Source: Macrostomum lignano
Lineage: Eukaryota
Length of the DNA: 64,000 bases
NCBI GenBank assembly: GCA_002269645.1
Contig: NIVC01001111.1
Coordinates: forward strand, 124,001-188,000
Direction of reading: 5' to 3'
The position numbers were made by a program, and so were the translations under genes. Below the pieces are notes generated by a model that saw only the letters and a program-made list of their open reading frames with translations, had not been told where the DNA came from and ran no database searches. Positions 35,303 to 47,673 of the stretch are shown here, one piece after another; position 1 is the first letter of the stretch; the number at the start of each line of letters is the position of its first letter.

Positions 35303-35970
35303 ACAAAGACATCAGGATTGAGATGGCAACTAACCACTTCACAAACAAAGACCTCAAGATTGAGATGCTAACTAAACATTTACCAAACAAAGACCTCAGG
35401 ATTGAGGAGATGCTAACTAACCACTTCACAAACAAAGACCTCAGATTGAGATGCTAACTAAAAATTTACCAAACAAAGACCTCAGGATTAAGATGCTAAA
35501 TAAATCCTTCTCAAAAAGACTTCAAGATTGAGATGCTAACTAAACACTTAACAAACGAAGACCACAAGATTGAGATGCTAACTAAACACTTAACAAACGA
35601 AGACCACAAGATTGAGATGCTAACTAAACACTTAACAAACGAAGACCACAAGATTGAGATGCTAACTAACCACTTCACAAACAAAGACCTCAGATTGAGA
35701 TACTAACTAAACAGTTCTCAAACAAAGACCTCAGATTGAGATACTAACTAAACAGTTCTCAAACAAAGACCTCAGATTGAGATACTAACTAAACAGTTCT
35801 CAAACAAAGACCTCAGATTGAGATGCTAACTAAAAATTTACCAAACAAAGACCTCAGCATTAAGATGCTAAATAAATCCTTCTCAAAAAAGACTTTAAGA
35901 TTGAGCTGCTAACTAAACACTTAACAAACAAAGACCTCAGATTGAGCTGCTAACTAAACCCTTCTCAAAC
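35303..35970. repeat. Intronic minisatellite, about 41-42-bp unit (NOMO intron 1)
   Basis: Unit aacaaagacctcagattgagatgctaactaaacagttctca with variants. Confidence 0.88.
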
Positions 35971-36003
35971 AAAGAGCTGAAGATTAGGCAGAGTCAGACT
36001 GAC

Positions 36004-36342
36004 CTGGTCCAGCACGGCCACCTGGTGATTCTCCGGTTCCAGATGCCAGCCGTCTGGCGCGGACAACCGAATCGTGTGCTGACCCCGCTCGTACACGGGC
36101 ACAGAGTAGGCGCCATTCGGACTAATATCGGACACAAATCGCAGGTTGCCCCGCTCATTGTACAGCTGCACCCGCATCCTGGCATAGTTAGGCGCCTTGG
36201 CTCCCTGCGGCAGGCGGACAAAGCCGCCGCAGCCAACTGGGTCCTGGCCGGCTGACAATCGCGGCGCTGCTAGAAGCAGCAAAAGCAGCGGAAGCAGCAA
36301 CGGCAGCGGCGGAGAAGGTTTCAACGACAAATTTTGAGACAT
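36004..36342 (-). CDS. NOMO: NOMO coding exon 1 (signal peptide, GCGGFV motif)
   Basis: ATG at 36342; Leu-rich signal peptide then DPVGCGGFVR...VQLYNERGNLRF...PNGAYSVPVYERG...APDGWHLEP; donor CAG|gtcagt. Confidence 0.88.
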
Positions 36343-36486
36343 TTGTTTCTCAGGCATGAGGTTAAACATTGGCATATTACAATACTGGCTGTCGATCCTA
36401 TTACTGCAAATCGGACCACCAGCCACATAAAGCGAAAATGGCAATCTATGAAGACTGGGATGTCCATGAATGGAATGAAGAATGAG

Positions 36487-37140
36487 ATAGATAGGTGTGG
36501 TTAGAAGGGAAATGAGGGGTAGATAGGTGTGTTTAGAAGAGAAATGAGAGGTAGATAGGTGTGTTTAGAAGGGAAATGAGAGGTAGATAGGTGTGTTTAG
36601 AAGGGAAATGAGGGGTAGATAGGTGTGGTTAGAAGGGAAATGTGGGTAGATAGGTGTGGTTAGAAGGGAAATGTGGGTAGATAGGTGTGGTTAGAAGGGA
36701 AATGTGGGTAGATAGGTGTGGTTAGAAAGGAAATGTGGGTAGATAGGTGTGGTTAGAAGGGAAATTAGGGGTAGATAGGTGTGTTTAGAAGGGAAATGAG
36801 GGGTAGATAGGTGTGTTTAGAAGGGAAATGAGGGGTAGATAGGAGGTGTGTTTAGAAGGGAAATGAGGGGTAGATAGGAGGTGTGTTTAGAAGGGAAATG
36901 AGAGGTAGATAGGTGTGTTTAGAAGGAAAATGAGAGGTAGATAGGTGTGTTTAGAAGGGAAATGAGAGGTAGATAGGTGTGTTTAGAAGAGAAATGAGAG
37001 GTAGATAGGTGTGTTTAGAAGGGAAATGAGAGGTAGATAGGTGTGTTTAGAAGGGAAATGAGGGTAGATAGGTTTGTTGAGAAGAGAAATGAGAGGTAGA
37101 TAGGTGTGTTTAAGTCAGTAGGTAAATGAGAGGTAGATAG
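36487..37140. repeat. Minisatellite, 31-35-bp unit, just upstream of NOMO
   Basis: Unit gtagataggtgtgtttagaagggaaatgagag. Confidence 0.92.
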
Positions 37141-37789
37141 AGATGCATAAGACAGTGACAAAAGTCACACAACGTCAAGAATGTTTTTCCTAGTTCGAAT
37201 TTCCTAGCTTATTAGCAAATAAAGTTATAAGACAGAAAATTAGCTTGTTAAAGACCACAACATCTTACGAGACGAGAAAACCTCAATATATTTATAGCTT
37301 TTTTAATCACAAAAATTTCAGTCATAATTTTTGAGATGACAATAGTACTTGACTATAGAAAAATTCACACAAAATCTGACATTAAAAGTTCACATTTATC
37401 ATATACCAGTGAATATAAAGTATACGAGAACACAAAATATTAAACAGAAAAAAAAACAATTAGAACTTCAAGAGATATTAGTAAGACGAAGCTTCTATAA
37501 AGGCGAATTATCAAAGCGAATATGCTACCATGCGTACAAATTGTATAAAGAAATCCAATTGCTATGAATGTATAAAATATTGTCAATATGCATAAGCATA
37601 ATATATAGTAATAATATTTGATTAGTCGAATTTCATAATTAATACACACTGATAATAAATGAGTACAACAGCAAAGTCAGACAGAAAGACGAGACAGAAA
37701 CATACAAGTTTAGCAGCGCTTCTTTAGCAATTAATTTCCAACTACAAGCGTCGCAGCTGCTTGCTGCTATAGAAAAGGCTAGTAAGATA

Positions 37790-38430
37790 GCTCCAAGTAA
37801 GACAATCTACAACCGAGTAAGACAATCTACCCCACGAGTAAGACAATCTACCCCGAGTAGGACAATCTTCCCCGAGTAGGACAATCTTCCCCGAGTAGGA
37901 CAATCCACCACTGAGTAGGACAATCTTCCCCGAGTAGGACAATCCACCACTGAGTAGGACAATCTTCCCCGAGTAGGACAATCTTCCCCGAGTAGGACAA
38001 TCCACCACTGAGTAGGACAATCTTCCCCGAGTAGGACAATCTTCCCCGAGTAGGACAATCCACCACTGAGTAGGACAATCTTCCCCGAGTAGGACAATCC
38101 ACCACTGAGTAGGACAATCTTCCCCGAGTAGGACAATCTTCCCCGAGTAGGACAATCCACCACTGAGTAGGACAATCTTCCCCGAGTAGGACAATCCACC
38201 ACTGAGTAGGACAATCTTCCCCGAGTAGGACAATCTTCCCCGAGTAGGACAATCCACCACTGAGTAGGACAATCTTCCCCGAGTAGGACAATTTACCCTG
38301 AGTAAGATAATCTGCCCCGCGTAGGACAATCTACCTCGAGTAGGACAAACTACCCCACGAGTAAGTCAATCTACCCCCGAGTAAGACAATCTACCCCTAA
38401 GAAACGGAGCGCCAGTAAGACAATCTACCA
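37790..38430. repeat. Minisatellite of mixed 19- and 20-bp units
   Basis: Units gagtaggacaatcttcccc and gagtaggacaatccaccact. Confidence 0.92.
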
Positions 38431-38578
38431 AGGACGCATGCTTCCATAAAGTTACAGGTGTAGTGTGCTTGAGTAGGGCCGCGACACTGTACAGTGTGAA
38501 ATACGAGCAGAAAAGAAAGCAATGGGAGGTCAGCGAACTGTGGAATCCAATACGCAGCAAAAACCGGCGATACATACA

Positions 38579-38611
<33 letters not shown>
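38579..38611. repeat. (TAC)n microsatellite
   Basis: About 11 perfect copies. Confidence 0.9.
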
Positions 38612-39186
38612 GACATAAAATTAGACAAACAGAACGTACAACGAAATTTATGCAGTAAAAGACATGCAAAAAAATTGCTAATAGAGGAGGCTTGCCATGA
38701 TACAGTTCGCTTTTTATTTCTGATTTCTATATAAGGCTAAATGAAAAGCGAATGCCGGGAGCAAATGTCTTCAAGTCGGCAATCAATCAACTGATTTTTG
38801 GTATATAATAATTGAATCCATTTGTAGCAAGTGTTGGGATCAAAGCCATTGTCAAGAAACATGAGTGGTGCACAGAGAACTATCAGAAAAGTTACGAATG
38901 AAGAGCAAACTATAAATAAACTAAAAAGTTAATACAAAATGTTAAGTTACGAAGAAACCAAGTCGGTTCATTGCTTAAAGTGCAAAAATCAAAACTAAAA
39001 ACAAGTGCTGACCTAAAAACGTGACTCAAAAATTGCTTTTGCTTTGCGTTTTGCAAAAAAAATAATCAAAAGTAAAAAATAGACCAGAAAACGTACATAT
39101 ACATAATGTATAATATATAGTATAGCCTTTGCCAAGTTAGAAAAACTGACACCCGAAGCTGAAATCCTGTAGAATAGTGGTGAGAG

Positions 39187-39340
39187 CCACTCGGAACAAT
39201 TTGTGTCCTTGACCAAGACACTTAACTCTGCATTGCTTCAGTTCGCCCAGTTGTAAAATGGGTGCCAGCATTAGCTGGGCTAATTGAGGCTGTGTGTGGC
39301 GACCTCCCAGTCCTTGGACTGAACAGCCATACGCATCCGT
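39187..39340 (+). mobile_element. SINE family B fragment (central domain)
   Basis: ccactcggaacaatttgtgtccttgaccaagacacttaactctgcattgcttcagttc...gtaaaatgggtgccagcattagctggg matches the family B copies. Confidence 0.8.
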
Positions 39341-39892
39341 GCAAAAGTCGCTTATCTTGAATCACGCTGGTCTCTCAGTCGGGTTTCTCAGCCAGAAATT
39401 TGAGTTTGTCTATGGCCCAAACTGTCTCTGCTCTATAATAGGCTTTCAAATACGAAATGTACTATTTTATAACCTAGCATGGCTAAAACAATATAACCTA
39501 ATAATAATCTAAAGTGCATGCGCGCCAGAGGCCATGGAGACTAGACAGCAGCAGACCAGATTTAATTACAGCAATATATATTATTTACTAATACTACAAC
39601 TTGCGGACAAGCGTGACGTAAAACACAAATCTGAAACAACTAATGTATATTAAAGCTACAAAGCAATCCACAATACAGCACTAACAATAAGCGATTAGCA
39701 TAAGTAAAGTTAGATTAAATTTCAAACAACAAATAATTAATATCGCGCCAATTATGAGGGAGAACTAAAACGGTTTTTTTACATTACAAAACAAAAACAC
39801 AAGCAAGCCAGAAAATATTAAAAAGCTGACAATATAATTAATGGCAATAATAAAATGACTGTTGATCATTCGATGAGAGCAAGTGGGGCGTG

Positions 39893-40590
39893 CGCTAACA
39901 TAGGGGGTAGGAAGTGGGGCTATCGATTGGGGAGAGTGTACATCGGGGGTAGGAAGTGGGGCTATCGATTGGGGAGAGTGTACATCGGGGTAGGAAGTGG
40001 GGCTATCGATTGGGGAGTGTGTACATAGGGGGTAGGAAGTGGGGCTATCGATTGGGGAGAGTGTACATCGGGGTAGGAAGTGGGGCTATCGATTGGGGAG
40101 TGTGTACATAGGGGGTAGGAAGTGGGGCTATCGATTGGGGAGTGTGTACATAGGGGGTAGGAAGAGGCTATCGATTGGGGAGAGTGTACATAGGGGGTAG
40201 GAAGTGGGGCTATCGATTGGGGAGAGTGTACATAGGGGGTAGGAAGTGGGGCTATCGATTGGGGAGAGTGTACATAGGGGTAGGAAGTGGGGCTATCGAT
40301 TGGGGAGTGTGTACATAGGGGGTAGGAAGTGGGGCTATCGATTGGGGAGAGTGTACATAGGGGGTAGGAAGTGGGACTATCGATTGGGGAGAGTGTACAT
40401 AGGGGGTAGGAAGTGGGGCTATCGATTGGGGAGAGTGTACATAGGGGGTAGGAAGTGGGGCTATCGATTAGGGAGAGTGTACATAGGGGGTAGGAAGTGG
40501 GGCTATCGATTGGGGAGTGTACATAAGGGGTAGGAAGTGAGGCTATCGATTTGGGAGAGTGTACATAGGGGGTAGGAATTGGGGCTATCG
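39893..40590. repeat. G-rich minisatellite, about 42-bp unit, downstream of SHOC2
   Basis: Unit gtgtacatagggggtaggaagtggggctatcgattggggaga. Confidence 0.93.
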
Positions 40591-40794
40591 ATTAGGGAGT
40601 AAGAAGTGGTGTCGGTTGGAGAGAATGTTGGTTAGGAAGTATGGGCTGTTAAAAAGGCAACAGGGGGTGTTTTATAATTTAGGGAAAGTGTAGTCTTCAG
40701 GTGACCGGCTTCGCACACGCATTCACAGCATGCCCTCTTGTGACTGCACAGAAGAACTGCGAGTAAAAAAAATAGCCTAATAAAAATAAAGTCG

Positions 40795-41328
40795 TCAGAA
40801 CTGGCAATAGGGCCCTTGAATTTTAAGGTACTGAATCACCAGAGACGGTCCGCCAGCCACAATTTCGGCCGGTATATGCGACAGCGGACAATTCTCAATG
40901 CTCATAATTTGCAGACTTTGACAGGAGGCCAACTCCACTGGCAGATTGTGCAAATTCACGTTGTCATTAAGATAAAGCGACTCTAATTTAGCCAGACTGC
41001 CAATCTCGGTTGGCAGGGAGTGCAGATCATTCTCACCGATGGCCAGATAGACTAAATGAGATAGCATGCCGATAGCCCTAGGCAGGTACTGCAGCCTGTT
41101 GCTCTGAACAATCAAGCGTTGCAAAGATTTCACGTAGCCAATCTCGGACGGTAGGGCCTCCAGCTGGTTCTCCTCGAGGTCCAGCACTCTGAGCTTGGCC
41201 AAATTGCGAATTGTCGATGGCAGGCGCTTCAGCTGATTGTTACTCAGTACAAGGACTTCTAGTTGCACCAGTTTTTCAACATCCTCGGGCAGTCGGGCCA
41301 GCTGGTTGGTGCCCAGGTTGAGCTCCAC
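40795..41328 (-). CDS. SHOC2: SHOC2/Sur-8 LRR scaffold coding exon 4, last
   Basis: gcgattcag|GTG; [10 protein letters not shown]...[36 protein letters not shown], the SHOC2 C-terminal signature. Confidence 0.95.
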   Translation of the reverse strand: MELNLGTNQLARLPEDVEKLVQLEVLVLSNNQLKRLPSTIRNLAKLRVLDLEENQLEALPSEIGYVKSLQRLIVQSNRLQYLPRAIGMLSHLVYLAIGENDLHSLPTEIGSLAKLESLYLNDNVNLHNLPVELASCQSLQIMSIENCPLSHIPAEIVAGGPSLVIQYLKIQGPYCQF

Positions 41329-41394
41329 CTGAATCGCATTTAGGCAGTGTATAATAAAAGCTGGGACTAACGGTAAACTAAACCATACCAGCCT

Positions 41395-41645
41395 CGGATC
41401 TAAACCAGTGCTACCCTCAGATCAGATCTAAACCAGTGCAACCCTCAGATCTAAACCAGTGCTACCCTCAGATCTAAACCAGTGCTAGCCTCAGATCTAA
41501 ACAAGTGCCAGCCTCAGATCTAAACCAGTGCTACCCTCAGATCTTAACCAGTGCCAGCCTCAGATCTAAACCAGTGCTAGCCTCAGATCTAAACAAGTGC
41601 CAGCCTCAGATCTAAACCATGCCAGCCTCAGATCTAAACCAGTGT
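41395..41645. repeat. Intronic minisatellite, 23-bp unit (SHOC2 intron 3)
   Basis: Unit tcagatctaaaccagtgctagcc. Confidence 0.9.
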
Positions 41646-41691
41646 TATTCTAAATCTCAACTATGCAATGCGGCAATGTAAATTCACGCAC

Positions 41692-42028
41692 CAAAGATGT
41701 CCAGCTGCTGAAATCGGGCGGCAGAGCTGTCAGCAAATTGTCACGCATGTTCAGCTTAGTGAGGCTGGCAGCCCGGCTGAAGATGCCAAACGGAATCTTG
41801 TTAACCTGGTTGTGGTCCAGGTTGAGCGTCTGCACCGAGATGAACTGCTGCGGCCCGCCGCCTGGAAATGCTTTAAAGTAGTTTCTAGACAGGGTGATGC
41901 TGGTCAGACGGTTGAGGTTCATCAACACGCTGTCTGGCAGAGTTTCCAAATTGTTGCCTTCAAGATTGAATTCGTCTAATAGGCCGCAGTTGGCTAACGA
42001 TTTGGGCACCTGCTTCAGGTGGTTGTAT
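41692..42028 (-). CDS. SHOC2: SHOC2 coding exon 3
   Basis: aaacacgcag|A (phase 2) ... TTG|gtgcgt; YNHL...LTSITLSRNYF...GGPQQF...NKIPFGIFSRA...WTSL. Confidence 0.93.
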
Positions 42029-42129
42029 CTGCGTGTTTGGAAATGCGAATGAATAGCAATGGAAAATTGCAGTTGCAACTAAAATATTGTAAATTAATTC
42101 AATTCTAGCGCCGTAATATTAATAATAAC

Positions 42130-42413
42130 TGATTACACCTGCCCTAATGGGCAGATATAAGCCGACAGCTCAGCCGCAGCTATTGCGCGGCGCATCTGAA
42201 GGCTGCGTACGGCTGTTCAGTCCAAGGACTGGGAGGTCGCCACACACACCCTCAATAACCCCAGCTAATGCTGGCACCCATTTTACAGCTGGGTGAACTG
42301 AAGCAATGCAGAGTTAAGTGTCTTGCTCGAGGACACAAATTGTTCCGAGTGGGTCGAGAATCGAACCCCCGACCTTTAAGTCGTGAGTCCCGACACTCTA
42401 AGGCTGCAACCCC
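42130..42413 (-). mobile_element. tRNA-derived SINE, family B, with CORE-like domain (SHOC2 intron 2)
   Basis: Near-identical to 31300-31594, B box ggttcgattc. Confidence 0.82.
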
Positions 42414-42499
42414 TCCGCCGTAACTAAGGCAAATTGGCGTTGCTATGTTCCATTTCTAGATCTTTGTAGCTGTAACTAAGCAAAACTGTCGTTGCCATG

Positions 42500-42722
42500 C
42501 GCTCAGGAAATTCTTCCCATTCCGCTGACTCCTGAGCAAATGCAAGCGCAAATACTGTACGCAGGCAAGCACTCATACACACTCTCACGCAGGGTGTACA
42601 GCGAGCCCTGGCTTTCTAATCGTCAGGCATGTACACTCTCTGTGACGAATGCGGCCGCGCACGGAATCGAACCAGGGGTCGCGGCCCGAGAGTCAGATGG
42701 GTTTGCCGCTGAGTTGCACTAC
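42500..42722 (-). mobile_element. tRNA-derived SINE sharing the family A body but with a different head (family C)
   Basis: Head caactcagcgg...ggttcgattcc, then gtgtacatgcctgacgat...gctgtacac...gctcaggagtcagcggaatggg homologous to the family A body. Confidence 0.65.
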
Positions 42723-42869
42723 TAATAGTACAGGATAGAATACCCGTAACAAAGGTAAACAGCTGTTGCTAGGGCCTCAATAATAATGTAGATAAGAAAG
42801 TCAATTGGACATACAGTTGCTAAGATCCATAATGAATGCTCTAACAAATGAGTTTAGCGGGCAACTCAC

Positions 42870-43279
42870 CTCAGGCCGAGGTGCTGCAAACTGCGCAGAC
42901 AGCCAATAGACTCGGGCAGAGATTTGAGCTCATTATGCTGCAAATTAAGCGTAGTCAGCTGCAGACACAGGCCAATATTATCCGGCAGTTCCACTAAATT
43001 ATTATGGGACACGTCCAATGTGACCAACTCCTGCAGCGAGTCCAGAGCCGGCAGAGATCGAATTTTATTCTCGCGCAGGCTAAGTATCTGCAGCTTAGTC
43101 AGCTGTCTAAGATCGTCTTCAACTTCTCGAATTCTATTGAATCGCAGTAGCAGGTGTGTAAGGCTGGTCAGCTTGAATATGACTGGCGGAATCTCGCACA
43201 GTTTATTGTGCCGCACGTCTAATAGGCGGAGACGGCTGCAGCTGGCCAGGGTGTCCGGCAGATTGGTTAGCGAGTTCTC
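42870..43279 (-). CDS. SHOC2: SHOC2 coding exon 2
   Basis: tggcgcag|GAG ... CTGAG|gtgagt; ENSLTNLP...[15 protein letters not shown]...RFNRI...LSLRENKI. Confidence 0.93.
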
Positions 43280-43596
43280 CTGCGCCAATGACGGTTTTTT
43301 AGGTGTTGAAGTAGTTTGCTACTATGAGTAGTAGTGTAGCGCGACTATGCGAACGTAAATGAGAAAACGGTGCATCTGTTCTAGGAAAGCGAACAAAATT
43401 TCGATTCTGATGCTTAACCCGCTAACCCCTGAGGATGTACACACTCACAAAGGATGTACAGCGACCCAGACCTTCTAATTGTCCTGCATGTACACTTGTT
43501 ACACCCTCACAGGGTGCCTTGGGGAATGGACGAAAATTGCACAAAAAATGCAAATTAGACCTATTTGGAGGTATTTTATTGTCTGCGACTCAAAAA

Positions 43597-43990
43597 TGAC
43601 TCTGGGGAAACTCTACTGACTCTGGGGCAACTCTAGTGACTCTGGGGCAACTGTACTGACTCTGGGGCAACTCTAGTGACTCTGGGGCAACTCTACTGAC
43701 TCTGGGGCAACTCTACTGACTCTGGGGAAACTCTACTGACTCTGGGGCAACTCTAGTGACTCTGGGGCAACTCTAGTGACTCTGGGGCAACTCTAGTGAC
43801 TCTGGGGCAACTCTAGTGACTCTGGGGCAACTCTAGTGACTCTGGGGCAACTCTAGTGACTCTGGGGCAACTCTAGTGACTCTGGGGCAACTCTAGTGAC
43901 TCTGGGGCAATTCTAGTGACTCTGGGGCAACTCTAGTGACTCTGGGGCAACTGTACTGACGCTGGGGCAACTGTACTGAATCTGGGGCCG
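43597..43990. repeat. Intronic minisatellite, 20-bp unit (SHOC2 intron 1)
   Basis: Unit gactctggggcaactctagt. Confidence 0.93.
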
Positions 43991-44388
43991 TAGAGTCGAA
44001 TCTGAGGCGTGCCACAGCCGCTGTACAATCCCTGAATTGCTGTCTAAAGCGAACGTTTCATAAAGCGAACTTTATGAATTAGAATCGCATTTCTCGTTTA
44101 TGGCAACTCTTTTTAGTCTACTTGAGTTAGTAGAAAGTTAAGCGCGTAACACAGCAACTTTTGGACAACTTCTTTGGCTATTTTTTACGATTCTGCAACT
44201 CACGCGATGCGCTCGCGTCCTAAAAGTCACCTCTCCGTCGCATTGCAGTCGTTAAAAAGTCACAAGAGTCGCCAGTAGAGCTGCTCTGCTACCCAATTCA
44301 AATTCATAAATAGGCATAAACAATGCTACAGTACTAAAAGAGCAAATACGATAGCATGTTAGCATTGACACTGACTGCAATAACTCAC

Positions 44389-44937
44389 CTGCAGCATGAG
44401 AATCTCCAAGCCGAACAGGTGGCCAATTTCCATAGGCAGACTGACCAGCTTATTAGAATAGAGGTACAGCTCTGTCAGGTTGGCGGCCAGGTCCTTGATG
44501 CAGCCCGGCAGAGCGGCAATCTGGCACTTGCTCAGGTCTAGCCGGCTGTCATTGTCCTCGCGGCATCGTTGAATCTCTTTCACGGCATCCTGATCGGTTT
44601 TCTTGCTCTTCTTGACCGGCACTGGGCCGCACATGACCGCCTTGACCTCGCCGGGCCGCTGCACCGTCACTTTGGTCTTCTTGGGATCTGGCGTACTGCC
44701 GCTGCACATTGAAGACTTTTTTGCTATGCTAAGCTGATCGAAATCTTGCATCAGGGCGTGCGTGTCCTCCACGGCGAACGGGCTGGTGCACTGGCTGCGG
44801 GACGGGTCCTCCGGCGAGCCGAGGGAAGCAGCTTCATCGCCTTGATTAGCTGCTGCGGCGGCTGCGGCGGCGGCTGCTGCGGCTGCGGCGGCCGAAGCTG
44901 CGGAGCCAGATGATGCACCGGGGCCGCCGGTGGCCAT
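44389..44937 (-). CDS. SHOC2: SHOC2 coding exon 1 (poly-Ala N-terminus, first LRRs)
   Basis: aaaATG at 44937; KKSKKTDQDAVKEIQRCRE...RLDLSK...LTELYLYSNKL; donor CAG|gtgagt. Confidence 0.92.
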
Positions 44938-45081
44938 TTTCGCTGCGGAGTAGAGCGGATGTCATCGCATGCCAGTAGTGCACGTGTAATAGGCAAAGAC
45001 TGGGGCTGCTACGGGACCTTTATTGTCATTTAGCACTAGGTATCAAAAATCATTTCTTAAATTAACATGACTTAATCCTCA

Positions 45082-46278
45082 TCAATATCTAAATCCCACA
45101 TGGCTAGCAATAGCCAATATCTAAATCCCACATGGCTAGCACTAGCCAATATCTAAATCCCATATGGCTAGCAATAGCCAATATCTAAATCCCACATGGC
45201 TAGCATTAGCCAATATCTAAATCCCACATGGCTAGCATTAGCCAATATCTAAATCCCACATGGCTAGCAATAGCCAATATCTAAATCCCATATGGCTAAC
45301 ACTAGCCAATATCTAAATCCCATATGGCTAGCAATAGCCAATATCTAAATCCCACATGGCTAGCATTAGCCAATATCTAAATCCCACATGGCTAACATTA
45401 GCCAATATCTAAATCCCACATGGCTAGCAATAGCCAATATCTAAATCCCATATGGCTAACACTAGCCAATATCTAAAAACCCATATGGCTAGCAATAGCC
45501 AATATCTAAATCCTACATGGCTAGCAATAGCCAATATCTAAATCTTACATGGCTAGCAATAGCCAATATCTAAATCCCATATGCCTAATAACAGCCAATA
45601 TCTAAATCCCATATGGCTAGCAATAGCCAATATCTAAATCCCATATGGCTAGCAATAGCCAATATCTAAATCCCATATGGCTAGCAATAGCCAATATCTA
45701 AATCCCACATGGCTAGCAATAGCCAATATCTAAATCCCATATCGCTAGCAATAGCCAATATCTAAATCCCACATGGCTAGCAATAGCCAATATCTAAATC
45801 CCATATGGCTAACAACAGCCAATATCTAAATCCCACATGGCTAGCAATAGCCAATATCTAAATCCCATATCGCTAGCAATAGCCAATATCTAAATCCTAC
45901 ATGGCTAGCAATAGCCAATATCTAAATCCCACATGGCTAGCAATAGCCAATATCTAAATCCCATATGCCTAATAACAGCCAATATCTAAATCCCATATGG
46001 CTAGCAATAGCCAATATCTAAATCCCATATGGCTAGCAATAGCCAATATCTAAATCCTACATGGCTAGCAATAGCCAATATCTAAATCTTACATGGCTAG
46101 CAATAGCCAATATCTAAATCCCACATGGCTAGCAATAGCCAATATCTAAATCCCATATGGCTAGCAATAGCCAATATCTAAATCCCACATGGCTAGCAAT
46201 AGCCAATATCTAAATCCTATATGGCTAGCAAAAGCCATTATCTAAATCCCATATGGCTAACAGCAGCCAATATCTAAA
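45082..46278. repeat. Minisatellite, 32-bp unit, about 37 copies, upstream of SHOC2
   Basis: Unit ccaatatctaaatcccacatggctagcaatag. Confidence 0.95.
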
Positions 46279-47341
46279 TAAATCGGCAGTAAAAAAAGAC
46301 ACCCAATCAAGGAGGACCTAATCAATAGAATTATGATATATTAAAACAAAGGGCTCCATTGAGAAATCAGCAAAAACCATCATATAATGAAGATATCTAA
46401 ATATATAGATTTAATATTGTGACACAAACCTAATATAAAAAATCACCAGTTATAAAAGTACATAATGAACTAAATTCTAGAAAGGTACAAAAAATTTAAG
46501 CATCATCACATTGCAAGTGAAGCGGCTAAACCTTCAAAAATAGAAATGTTTATTTACGCGCAGAAATCAATCAGCAAGATTGGAGAACAAGAGCATTTAA
46601 CCGGATAAATAATGGCATACAAATTATTAATGGAAAAAACCAATTGCATGTAGAAGCGAGAAGAGAACAATAGATACACAGATAGTGCTCTAAATAATTA
46701 ACTAAACCAAGAGAGCAAATCAATAACACACAACAAAGTCTTGGTAGACACCCCGGACAGTGAATGATTAAAAACATCTTCTTTATTAATTAGGCACAAA
46801 CAAGAGAACGCGATTCTAAAAACCAGGTTAACGCCCTTCCGGCGTACCCTAAGTACACTAATGACTGCTGAGACAGACCCACGCTTAATCAGCGCTAAGC
46901 CTAATAAGTAGCTCACAGTTGCTGGATTAAGCCTGTTGCTACAAAGGCCGTATTGGGCAATGATTCCTTACTGAAAATTTCATTTAAATATAACACTATT
47001 TCATAGATAAAAAGTAACACAAAAGTTGAGCGATTAAAATGCTCATATCGCTCAGAGACGCGAAGAAGAACAAATGTAAATCACAACATTTTGCCCACTC
47101 TTAATTCTCTTAATAGACTTATTGCTAGAGCATGAAAAACAGACATGATCTAAACCATTTTACAATCATTAAGCTGGAAATTTCAAACTTGCCAGTAGGT
47201 GAAAACTGTTTTGTCATTTAGTTTAAGTTAATAATTGAATTTTCCGTCTTGTCGCGATTGTCGATAGAGAGAAAGAGAGAAAGGGGGTGTCGCTTTAGCA
47301 CCCATCACCCTGATAGTTAGGCTTTTCTCTTGCCCGCTTGT

Positions 47342-47673
47342 GTCTGACTTTGACCTCTCTCCTTACTGCTCTCTCATTGGCTGAGCTAGATTGGACCTGC
47401 GATTGGGCCTGCCCCCAGGCGAGTTTCGTCCGTCTGACTTTGACCTCTCTCCTTACTGCTCTCTCATTGGCTGAGCTAGATTGGACCTGCGATTGGGCCT
47501 GGCCCAGGCGAGTTTCGTCCGTCTGACTTTGACCTCTCTCCTTACTGCTCTCTCATTGGCTGAGCTAGATTGGACCTGCGATTGGGCCTGCCCCCAGGCG
47601 AGTTTCGTACGTCTGACTTTGATCTTTCTCCTTACTGCTCTCTCATTGGCTGAGCTAGATTGGGCCTGCCCCC
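47342..47673. repeat. Tandem repeat, 89-90-bp unit, about 3.7 copies, downstream of MPI stop
   Basis: Copies start at 47342, 47432, 47521, 47611 (gtctgactttgacctctctcc...). Confidence 0.92.

Noticed and set aside
36343-36444. Longer NOMO N-terminus from upstream ATGs in the ORF track (likewise 52304-52378 for MPI)
   Set aside because: The downstream ATGs give the expected signal peptide or conserved N-terminus and protein lengths close to known orthologues; the extensions show no homology-like features.
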